Source: Candidatus Pelagibacter sp. HTCC7211 (GTDB taxonomy: Bacteria; Pseudomonadota; Alphaproteobacteria; Pelagibacterales; Pelagibacteraceae). From it: a DNA stretch of 32,000 bases. Below are positions 16,531 through 24,404 of this stretch, in pieces. A program made the position numbers and the translations under genes. The notes under the pieces were generated by a model that was not told where the DNA came from, made no database searches, and was given only the letters and a program-made list of their open reading frames with translations. Where the stretch lies: positions 1,200,001-1,232,000 of the forward strand of contig NZ_DS995298.1 of NCBI RefSeq assembly GCF_000155895.1. Direction: 5' to 3'. The number at the start of each line of letters is the position of its first letter. Positions within the stretch are counted from its first letter, which is position 1.

Positions 16531-17418
16531 CTATTTTCTATTTAACACTTCTTTTACTGTTTCGCCCATAACAGATGGATTTTTAGAAATTGTTACACCG
16601 CATTCTTTTAAAAGTTCTACCTTTTCAACTGCACTTTCTCCGTAAGCTGAAACAATTGCACCAGCATGACCCATCACTCTTCCTTTTGGAGCGGTTAATC
16701 CTGCAATGTAACCTACTATAGGTTTTTTCATATTTTCTTTTGCAAATTCCCCAGCTGCTACTTCTTGAGGTCCACCAATCTCACCAATCATTAAAATCAA
16801 ATCTGTTTCATCGTCAGTTTCAAATTTTTCAATGATGTCTCTAAAAGAACTTCCATTAATTGGATCACCTCCAATACCAACACTTGTCGAAATCCCAATA
16901 TTTAAATCCATTAATTGTTGTGCCGCTTCATATCCTAAAGTTCCAGATCTACTAATAATTCCAACTCTACCCTCCTTGTAAATATGACCAGGCATAATTC
17001 CCAACATTGATTTACCAGGACTTATTATTCCTGCACAATTAGGTCCTACTAAGGTCATTTTTTCTTTTCTAGAATATCTTCGCATGTATCGTTTTATTCT
17101 GATCATGTCATGTGAAGGAATTCCATCAACAATAGCAACACATGTTTTTATTCCTGCATCTGCAGCTTCCATTGCAGAGTCTGCTGCAAAAGCTGGGGGA
17201 ACAAATAATATTGAAGCAGTGGCGCCTGTTTCTTGCACAGCATCTTTTACTGTGTTGAATACTGGTTTATCTAAATGTTTTTGACCACCTTTTCCAGGTG
17301 TTACTCCTCCAATAACGTTAGATCCATATTTTATCATTTCTTCAGCATGAAAAGTTCCCATTTTTCCAGTGAACCCTTGAATTAATATTTTCGTATCTTT
17401 TTGAATAATTACTGCCAT
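16531..17418 (-). CDS. mtkB: Malate--CoA ligase (malate thiokinase) alpha/small subunit, SucD-like
   Basis: 295 aa. ILIQGFTGKMGTFHAEE, GGVTPGKGG and the phosphohistidine loop MGHAGAIV match the succinyl-CoA ligase alpha family. Assigned to Mtk because it is operonic with malyl-CoA lyase. Confidence 0.7.
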   Translation of the reverse strand: MAVIIQKDTKILIQGFTGKMGTFHAEEMIKYGSNVIGGVTPGKGGQKHLDKPVFNTVKDAVQETGATASILFVPPAFAADSAMEAADAGIKTCVAIVDGIPSHDMIRIKRYMRRYSRKEKMTLVGPNCAGIISPGKSMLGIMPGHIYKEGRVGIISRSGTLGYEAAQQLMDLNIGISTSVGIGGDPINGSSFRDIIEKFETDDETDLILMIGEIGGPQEVAAGEFAKENMKKPIVGYIAGLTAPKGRVMGHAGAIVSAYGESAVEKVELLKECGVTISKNPSVMGETVKEVLNRK

Positions 17419-17422
17419 TTAA

Positions 17423-18583
17423 TTATTTTAATGCTGCAACAGCTTTATTTGCAGCATCCTCCAAAGTATTTGCCTCAATATAATTTAATTTGCTATCTTG
17501 AAGAATTTTATTTCCTTTTTCAACATTGGTTCCTGCTAATCTAATTACTAATGGAACTTTTATTTCAATTTTTTCAAGTGCTTGAACTATTCCTTCAGCA
17601 ACCCAATCACATCTATTAATTCCAGCAAAAATATTTACTAAAATTACTTTTACTTTTTTATCCATAGTAATTAGCCTAAAAGCCTTTACTATTTTTTCTG
17701 GAGTTGCTCCTCCACCGACATCAAGAAAATTAGCTGGTTCTCCACCAGCTAATTTTATCATATCCATAGATGCCATGGCTAGCCCAGCACCATTAATTAT
17801 ATTTCCAATATTTCCCTCTAAACTTACATAATTTAAGCCTCTATCTGATGCAAAAACTTCTTTTTCATCTTCTTGGGTTTTATCTCTTAATTCAGAAACT
17901 TTATCTCTTCTGAACATTGCATTATTATCAAAACTCATTTTACAATCTAAAGCTAAAATTTGTTTTTGTTTTGAAATCACTAATGGGTTTACTTCAACCA
18001 TTGTAGCATCTAGTTCACTAAATGCTTTAGCACATCCAATAATTGTTTCTGAAGCTCTTCTAATTAACTCTGGCTCAATACCCAATCCAAATGCTAGTTC
18101 TCTTGCTTGAAAATTTTGAATACCAACTGCAACTTCAATTTTTGATCTTATGATTGTTTCTGGTTTTTCTTTAGCAATTTCTTCAACACTCATTCCTCCT
18201 TCTGTTGAGGCCACAACCATTATACTTTCAGAGCTTCTATCAAAAACTAAACCAAGATATAATTCTTTTTCAATATCAGATGCTTCTTCAATGTAAATTC
18301 TATTTACTATTTTACCCTCAGGTCCAGTTTGATTTGTAACAAGTTTTTTTCCTAATAATTTGTCTGTTGCCTGAGCAACTTCTAATGGTGAATTACACAC
18401 AATTATTCCACCTGCTTTTCCTCTTGCACCAGAATGAATTTGTGCTTTAACAACCCACTTTGATCCACCAATTTCTCTTGCTTTATTTTCTGCGGTCTCA
18501 GGACTATAAACAATTCCTCCTCTTGGTATTGTTACTCCAAAACTAGATAAAATTTCTTTTGCTTGATACTCGTGTATATCCAT
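17423..18583 (-). CDS. mtkA: Malate--CoA ligase (malate thiokinase) beta/large subunit, SucC-like
   Basis: 386 aa with the ATP-grasp N-terminus MDIHEYQAKEILSSFGV...VVKAQIHSGARGKAGG, typical of SucC/MtkA. 2-nt spacer to mcl and 4-nt spacer to mtkB. Confidence 0.7.
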   Translation of the reverse strand: MDIHEYQAKEILSSFGVTIPRGGIVYSPETAENKAREIGGSKWVVKAQIHSGARGKAGGIIVCNSPLEVAQATDKLLGKKLVTNQTGPEGKIVNRIYIEEASDIEKELYLGLVFDRSSESIMVVASTEGGMSVEEIAKEKPETIIRSKIEVAVGIQNFQARELAFGLGIEPELIRRASETIIGCAKAFSELDATMVEVNPLVISKQKQILALDCKMSFDNNAMFRRDKVSELRDKTQEDEKEVFASDRGLNYVSLEGNIGNIINGAGLAMASMDMIKLAGGEPANFLDVGGGATPEKIVKAFRLITMDKKVKVILVNIFAGINRCDWVAEGIVQALEKIEIKVPLVIRLAGTNVEKGNKILQDSKLNYIEANTLEDAANKAVAALK

Positions 18584-18585
18584 AC

Positions 18586-19524
18586 TTATTTTTTATTAAT
18601 TAGTTTATCAATGTTTACAACATTCTCTGCCATTCTAGCAGATGCTGCATCTATCATTCTACCATCAAGTTGAGCTGCACCCTTACCTTCTTTTGCAGCT
18701 TTTTCTAATTCTTCTATAATTCTTTTTGCTTTATTTACTTCTGTTTCAGGAGGAGAAAAAACATCATTAGCGAGTTCAATTTGAGATGGATGAATTGCCC
18801 ACTTACCTTCTATACCAATAGCGGCACCACGTTTTGCTGCTGCAATGTAAGCATCAGGATCATTAAAATCACCAAATGGTCCATCAATTGCTCTTAATCC
18901 ATAAGCTCGACAAGTCATCGCTAATTCTGATAATCCATGATGCCACTGATCTCCTGGGTAATCTGGATTTAATCCTCCAATCACAACTGTTCTTGCTCTT
19001 AAACTGGCAGCATAGTCTGCAACACCAAAATGTAATGCCTCTAGTCTTTCACTTGAGCCTGCAATTTCTTTTATATTTGACATTCCTAATGCAGTTTCAA
19101 TTAAACACTCAATGCCAATTTTATTTTTTAATTTTTTATTAGTCTCGATTTGCGTCAACAAACAATCAACCATATAAACATCGCTAGCAGTTCCAGCTTT
19201 TGGTACTAAGATAGTGTCGATATTTTCTCCAGCTTGTTCAACAAGTTCTACTAAATCACTATACATATAATGTGTATCAAGACTATTAATCCTCACTGAA
19301 ATAGTTTTGCCATTATTTCTCCAATTCATCTCATTGAGAGCTTTTATAATATTTGCTCTGGCTGATATTTTGTCATTTGGAGAAACTGCATCTTCTAAAT
19401 CTAAAAAAATATAATCAGCTGAAGAATTTAATGCTTTTTCAAACATTTTAGGTGAAGATCCTGGAACAGCTAATTCACTTCTTTGAAGTCTAGATTTGGC
19501 CGGTTTATAGAATTTATGGCTCAT
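18586..19524 (-). CDS. mcl: Malyl-CoA lyase (HpcH/HpaI aldolase / citrate lyase beta-like family)
   Basis: 312 aa. LQRSELAVPGSSPKMFEKALNSSADYIFLDLEDAVSPNDK...RINSLDTHYMYSDLVELVE closely parallels the N-terminus of methylotroph malyl-CoA lyase as I recall it. Confidence 0.75.
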   Translation of the reverse strand: MSHKFYKPAKSRLQRSELAVPGSSPKMFEKALNSSADYIFLDLEDAVSPNDKISARANIIKALNEMNWRNNGKTISVRINSLDTHYMYSDLVELVEQAGENIDTILVPKAGTASDVYMVDCLLTQIETNKKLKNKIGIECLIETALGMSNIKEIAGSSERLEALHFGVADYAASLRARTVVIGGLNPDYPGDQWHHGLSELAMTCRAYGLRAIDGPFGDFNDPDAYIAAAKRGAAIGIEGKWAIHPSQIELANDVFSPPETEVNKAKRIIEELEKAAKEGKGAAQLDGRMIDAASARMAENVVNIDKLINKK

Positions 19525-19667
19525 AATTACTTTAATTAGATAATTTAATATTTATTAAAAAGGTCCTTATTACAAATAATTTAATTGTATTAAATATATA
19601 TATAAATTTTAGTACTATAAATAATACTTTCATCGTAAATCCATTTTGTTAATAATTGATTAAATTT

Positions 19668-20996
19668 ATGTCAAGTTTACCGAACAAAGCTAAAGTAGTT
19701 ATAATTGGTGGTGGAATTCACGGTTTAAGTACAGCTTGGAAACTTTCTGAAACTTATAAAAATCCAGGTGACATTGTCGTCTTAGAAAAAAAAGATATCG
19801 CTGCAGGGGCAAGTGGTATTGCATGTGGTGTTGTTAGAAATAATTATTTTCAACCGGCTATGAGAGAGTTAATGGCTCATTCAGTTTCTGTCTGGGAGAG
19901 CGACCCTAAGGCATTTAAATATAATGCTGTAGGTTATTTACAAATTTCTCCAGAAGTAATGCACGAAGATGTTGCAACGATTTATGAACAGCAAAAAGCT
20001 ATTGGTTACGATTCAGAATTTATTGAAGGTGAAAAAGATTGTATGAATTACATGAAAGGTATGTTTGATGATTGGCAAGCTCAAGGTATCACCTCAGTTC
20101 TTCATGAAAAAAAAGGTGGTTACGCTTTTAATAAAGATTCGATTAAAGCTCTTGAAAATAAATCTACTTCGAATGGTGTTCAAGTTATTAAAGGTGTCAA
20201 AGTTACAGGATTTAAAAGAGGAAGTAACAGTAAAGCTGTTACAGGTGTTGAAACTGATAATGGAACAATAGAATGTGAACAGGTTGTGGTTGGAGCGGGT
20301 CCGTGGGCTAGAGATTTTTGGAATATGTTAGAACTTCCTAAAACTGCAAGCATCAAAGGTAAAGATGGTAAAATGCATGTAACAGATATGTGGACATATT
20401 GGATGTTACAAGAGGGTGTGATTGGTGTTGAGCCTGATTTTTTAAAAATGAACAATGGACAACAGCCACCAGTTATTCATGTAGACTCTACTGCTCCATT
20501 ATATTCAGATAAAACTAAAAAATTAATCACAGATAAAATTTGGGGAATTTATTACAAACCTGATATTGAAGGTTTAGGTGTTCAAGGTGGAACTTCACCT
20601 TACATAGTAGATAAACATTTTGATCAAGTGAATGTTGATCCATATGGAATAGAGTCACCAGAATACCAAACTACAGAGGCGTTTAATGATATGTGGTGCT
20701 CTGCTTTAGCTCATTGTCAAAAAAGATTTGAAGGAAAATCTGATCTTTACAGAAAAGGTCCATCAGGTGGTCTTGGGTGTATGACGCCAGATTCTTTTCC
20801 GATCTTTGATAGATTTTTAGAAAACGTTTACATGATCGCTGATGCAAACCATGGGTATAAAATGATTGGTGTAGGTGAACTTGTTGCAAAAGAAATTCTT
20901 GGAACTGAGAGCGATCTTTTAAAACCTTTTAGATTCAACCGATACGAGAAAGGTGAACTTCACCCTACTTCAAACAGTCCATTCCCTTGGAGCTAA
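19668..20996 (+). CDS. FAD-dependent oxidoreductase, DAO family (sarcosine oxidase beta / MgdA-like), stand-alone
   Basis: The track ORF starts at a TTG (19656); the ATG at 19668 gives MSSLPNKAKVVIIGGGIHGLSTAWKL (a GxGxxG dinucleotide fold). About 442 aa with SoxB-like length and layout. No delta, alpha or gamma subunit genes lie nearby. Confidence 0.8.
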   Translation: MSSLPNKAKVVIIGGGIHGLSTAWKLSETYKNPGDIVVLEKKDIAAGASGIACGVVRNNYFQPAMRELMAHSVSVWESDPKAFKYNAVGYLQISPEVMHEDVATIYEQQKAIGYDSEFIEGEKDCMNYMKGMFDDWQAQGITSVLHEKKGGYAFNKDSIKALENKSTSNGVQVIKGVKVTGFKRGSNSKAVTGVETDNGTIECEQVVVGAGPWARDFWNMLELPKTASIKGKDGKMHVTDMWTYWMLQEGVIGVEPDFLKMNNGQQPPVIHVDSTAPLYSDKTKKLITDKIWGIYYKPDIEGLGVQGGTSPYIVDKHFDQVNVDPYGIESPEYQTTEAFNDMWCSALAHCQKRFEGKSDLYRKGPSGGLGCMTPDSFPIFDRFLENVYMIADANHGYKMIGVGELVAKEILGTESDLLKPFRFNRYEKGELHPTSNSPFPWS

Positions 20997-21009
20997 TTTT
21001 ATAAGTAAT

Positions 21010-21034
21010 ACTTATAAAAATTATATATAATTAT
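21010..21034 (+). promoter_or_regulatory. Promoter-like block ACTTATAAAAATTATATATAATTAT upstream of the GS-like gene (copy B of a shared motif)
   Basis: 23/25 identity to 13791-13815. TATAAT at 21026-21031, about 85 nt before the ATG. Overlaps the perfect palindrome TATAAGTA-A-TACTTATA at 21000-21016. Confidence 0.4.
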
Positions 21035-21116
21035 TATAGCCAACAAAAATTAGACACTAATTAAATTTTGAGCTAACGTTTCTCCATTAAAAAATTTATT
21101 CTTAAGGGGGAATGCA

Positions 21117-22586
21117 ATGACTGACCTAGAAAAACACGTTAACCAACCAGGTAGAACCAAATTAGTTAAACAAGTTAGAGCTAAAATAAATGAACTTGGT
21201 ATTGAATATATTTTTTTTCAATTCATATCTGTTACAGGTAGAGTTGTTGGGAAAGGAATTCCAACTGATCACTGGGAAAGAACATGTGAAAAAGGCTTTC
21301 AATTAGTATATGGAGCAACAGCAAACTTATTTACTGATCGACACGGCAATTACATCGGTTATGGACCTGAAGCAAAAGAACTTGTAGGTATACCTGATCC
21401 AGAAACTTTTTGCCAATTACCTTGGGATAAAAAAGTAGCAAGAGTATTTGTAACTTGTTTTAGAAACAGAGAAGAAAGAGATAATCCTGGTGCTCATTTA
21501 ACTTCAGATTGCAGAGGAAATTTAAGAATACATGCTCAAGAATTTAAGAAAAAACATGGTTATCAACTAAGAGTTGGAACTGAACCAGAGATGATGTGGC
21601 TAACAAAAAATGAAGATGGAACACCGACTGGAAAAGGTTTTTCTAAACCATATTGTTATCACATAGATCAATTCGAGTCTTTAAGACCAGTATTTATGCA
21701 AGTTATGAAATATGCGAGAGCTATGGGTCTTGACATGATTCAAGGTGATCATGAGGATGCTCCAGGACAATTAGAATTAAACTGGATGTATGATGATGTT
21801 TTAAGAAATGCAGATAGACTATCAACCTACAGACAAATTTGTGCTCAAGTTGCAAGAGAATTTAATCTAATTGCATGTTTCATGACAAAACCATTTATGG
21901 GAGTATCTGCAAGTGGATGTCATACTAATATGTCTTTATGGACAGGTGGAAAAGATAAAGTGAATAAATTAGGACATAAATCTCTACCCGCAATGGATGA
22001 GGTATTTACTTATGTTGAAGGTGGGAAAAATACATTTATGCCAGATACTAAAGATGTTCAATTACCAGGTAAAGTTGGTTTAAAAGCTATTGGTGGTGTT
22101 ATGAAACACCTTGGTGCTTTAACAGCAATTGGATCTTCAACAGTAAACTCATATAGAAGATTATGGGATCAAGGTTTTTGGGCGCCAGTTTATGCGGACT
22201 GGGGATACCAAAATAGAACTTGTGGATTAAGAGTATCAGCACCTGGTAGATTTGAGTACCGTTCAGTTGACTCTATGCATAATCCCTATTTGATGGGATC
22301 AGGATTGTTAAAATGTTTTGATGATGGGATATCAAACAATATCGATCCAGGAAAACCAGAGTCGCGAAGTATGTATGAAGCTCAAGCAGCTGGTAAAGAA
22401 GTTAAAAAATTACCTTTAAGTCTTGGTCAAGCACTTGACCGTTTAGCTGAGGATGAAGTGATTAAATCAGCTATGCCAGATGAAATGTATAAAGTCTTTC
22501 ATTGGTATAAAAATGATGAATGGGAAAGATTTTTAGGTGCTACAACTCAATGGGATCTAGATACATATCTTGATTGTCTACCATAG
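21117..22586 (+). CDS. Glutamine synthetase-family ligase (type III/GmaS-like, atypically long), substrate unknown
   Basis: 489 aa. GS catalytic motifs are present: GTEPEMMW, GDHEDAPGQLELNW, FMTKPFMGVSASGCHTNMSLW, NSYRRL. Strong SD AAGGGGGA upstream. Confidence 0.85.
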   Translation: MTDLEKHVNQPGRTKLVKQVRAKINELGIEYIFFQFISVTGRVVGKGIPTDHWERTCEKGFQLVYGATANLFTDRHGNYIGYGPEAKELVGIPDPETFCQLPWDKKVARVFVTCFRNREERDNPGAHLTSDCRGNLRIHAQEFKKKHGYQLRVGTEPEMMWLTKNEDGTPTGKGFSKPYCYHIDQFESLRPVFMQVMKYARAMGLDMIQGDHEDAPGQLELNWMYDDVLRNADRLSTYRQICAQVAREFNLIACFMTKPFMGVSASGCHTNMSLWTGGKDKVNKLGHKSLPAMDEVFTYVEGGKNTFMPDTKDVQLPGKVGLKAIGGVMKHLGALTAIGSSTVNSYRRLWDQGFWAPVYADWGYQNRTCGLRVSAPGRFEYRSVDSMHNPYLMGSGLLKCFDDGISNNIDPGKPESRSMYEAQAAGKEVKKLPLSLGQALDRLAEDEVIKSAMPDEMYKVFHWYKNDEWERFLGATTQWDLDTYLDCLP

Positions 22587-22617
22587 GTCTTAGATAAAAT
22601 AGAAGGGGTAAAATAAT

Positions 22618-23562
22618 ATGTGTGGAATTGCAGGTTTAATTCATAGAGGTAAATCTTCTAATGTTGGAAGCGAACTACAAGGTATGCTTCAAGCGTTAAA
22701 ACATAGAGGAGAAGATTCAACTGGTTACGCTTTATATGGTGATACAGATGGTAAAAACTTTATTATGCGTTTTAAAGTTGGAGAAAATGTTGGTGAAGGA
22801 AGTTCATCAATTATGGAGGATGTTTCGGTATATGACGAGAGAAAAAAGATAGTTGATGAGACCTTAAGAGAATTAGGTGCAAGAATTATAAAAGAAGAGA
22901 GAACCCTTCCCTACTCATTAAGATATGAAATCAGTTATGATAAGAAAGATTTATTGGATTTTTCTCAAAGAATCGAAAGTATTCCAGGTGTAGAGATACT
23001 TTCCATGGGTAAATCTTTAGAGGTAATTAAAGATCTTGGGAATGCTAAAGCTGTCTGTGATCGATACTCTTTAGATAAGCTTGTAGGAACTCACGCTATT
23101 GGTCATGCTAGGATGGCAACAGAGTCTGGGGTAGATATTAAATCTGCACACCCTTTTTGGGGCTATCCATTCAGCGATGTATCAGTAGTTCATAACGGTC
23201 AACTAACAAATTATTGGAACAACAGAAGAGCTTTAGAAAATAAAGGTATGAGATTTATGTCTGAATGTGACTCTGAGTTAATAGCAGTTTATATTGCTCA
23301 AAAAATGAGGGAAGGAGCTAGCCTTGCAGAAGGAATGAAAGAGTCTTTAACTGGACTTGATGGGGTATTTACTTATTTTGTTGCAACAAAAGACTCATTA
23401 GGAATGGCAAAAGATACTATGGCTGCTAAACCACTAGTTCTTTACGAATCAGATAACTTAGTCGCAATGGGTTCAGAAGAAATAGCGATCAGATCAGTTC
23501 TTCCACAAGAAATTGATACGTATGATCCATTTGATGGAGAGGTAAAAGTATGGCAAATCTAA
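22618..23562 (+). CDS. Class-II (Ntn) glutamine amidotransferase domain protein, GltB N-terminal-like / MgsA-like (module 1)
   Basis: 314 aa starting MCGIAGL (nucleophile Cys2), with GHARMATES and VVHNGQLTNY motifs. SD GAAGGGG upstream. Confidence 0.85.
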   Translation: MCGIAGLIHRGKSSNVGSELQGMLQALKHRGEDSTGYALYGDTDGKNFIMRFKVGENVGEGSSSIMEDVSVYDERKKIVDETLRELGARIIKEERTLPYSLRYEISYDKKDLLDFSQRIESIPGVEILSMGKSLEVIKDLGNAKAVCDRYSLDKLVGTHAIGHARMATESGVDIKSAHPFWGYPFSDVSVVHNGQLTNYWNNRRALENKGMRFMSECDSELIAVYIAQKMREGASLAEGMKESLTGLDGVFTYFVATKDSLGMAKDTMAAKPLVLYESDNLVAMGSEEIAIRSVLPQEIDTYDPFDGEVKVWQI

Positions 23563-24404
23563 AAACAAACGAGAAAAAATCTAAAGCCCAGTCAATGGGT
23601 ATGCACACAGAAGTTTTAACAGGAAGAACTCAGCAAAAGTTTTTTAATCCTGATGAGGCTGAAAACTTTTATTATTTTGGGACATATGATGTTGATTTTA
23701 ATAAAAGAACAGATCTTGATGTAAAAGATATGACAGCTCCCGAGGCTAACAAAGAAATTGATAAATTAATGAGTGAAGGTTATGGAACTATTGTAATTAA
23801 AAATCCTCAAGGAAAACATAGCTTAGGCGTTGGTATACTTAATAAACTAAACTTAATATTTGAAGGAAGTTTAGGATATTTTGGTATGGGTTCATGTGAT
23901 GGTCCAACGGTTAGAATTAATGGTAGAGTTGGTTGGTCCTGTGCTGAAAATTTAATGGCTGGTAAAGTTGTTATTGAGAAAAATGCAGGCTCATGTTTTG
24001 GTGCAGCTATCAGAGGCGGTGATTTAATTTGTAAAGGTAGTGTTGGTGCAAGAACTGGAATTGATATGAAAGGTGGAACTATCATTATTGGTGGTGACGC
24101 TGGTGCATTTACTGGATTTATGATGCAAAGAGGTAGAATAATTATCCTTGGAGACGTTGGTATAAACTTGGGCGACTCTATGTATGATGGGACAATTTTC
24201 ATAGGTGGAAGTATTGGTTCATATGGTAGTGATGCTGTAGATGCTGAATTGACTGTAAGTGACCAAGATTGGTTAAAAAGAAAGTTAAAAGTGGCTGAAA
24301 TTGGTGAAAATTTTGATGTAAGTAAAATGAAAAAAATTGTAGCTGGTAAAAAACTTTGGAATTACGATAATTTAGAACCTACAGAGAAGAAGGGAGCAAT
24401 ATAA
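23550..24404 (+). CDS. GXGXG-motif beta-helix protein, GltB C-terminal-domain-like / MgsB-like (module 1), with about 50-aa N-terminal extension
   Basis: 284 aa with repeated G-x-G-rich turns (GRVGWSCAENLMAGKVVIEKNAGSCFGAAIRGGDLICKGSVGARTGIDMKGGTIIIGGDAGAFTG). 13-nt overlap with the upstream gene and SD GGAGAGG. Confidence 0.8.
   Translation: MANLKTNEKKSKAQSMGMHTEVLTGRTQQKFFNPDEAENFYYFGTYDVDFNKRTDLDVKDMTAPEANKEIDKLMSEGYGTIVIKNPQGKHSLGVGILNKLNLIFEGSLGYFGMGSCDGPTVRINGRVGWSCAENLMAGKVVIEKNAGSCFGAAIRGGDLICKGSVGARTGIDMKGGTIIIGGDAGAFTGFMMQRGRIIILGDVGINLGDSMYDGTIFIGGSIGSYGSDAVDAELTVSDQDWLKRKLKVAEIGENFDVSKMKKIVAGKKLWNYDNLEPTEKKGAI

Noticed and set aside
16531-18583. Alternative reading as the housekeeping succinyl-CoA synthetase sucCD
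   Set aside because: The pair is tightly operonic with a malyl-CoA lyase-like gene, not with mdh, sucAB or other TCA genes, so mtkAB is favoured. This cannot be excluded without phylogeny, and that is flagged in the finding.
19656-19667. Track start codons at TTG (19656, 29103, 11845)
   Set aside because: In each case an in-frame ATG lies a few codons downstream, at 19668, 29115 and 11821. Two of these ATGs create the TAATG or ATGA stop-start overlaps that are typical of this window, so the ATG starts are preferred.
2564-20889. Other short track ORFs nested in larger genes (2564-2770, 3987-4340, 8021-8287, 10611-10805, 12983-13201, 15023-15214, 15853-16128, 17084-17284, 18876-19142, 20065-20271, 20180-20455, 20683-20889)
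   Set aside because: Each is fully contained within a longer ORF that has clear family motifs, either on the opposite strand or in an alternative frame (20065-20271). None has an SD or a recognisable domain. They are treated as shadow ORFs.
23807-24202. 131-aa Pro-rich minus-strand ORF
   Set aside because: It is the antisense reading of the Gly-rich GXGXG repeat region (GGN codons read as NCC, giving Pro). It is an artefact of the repeat composition.
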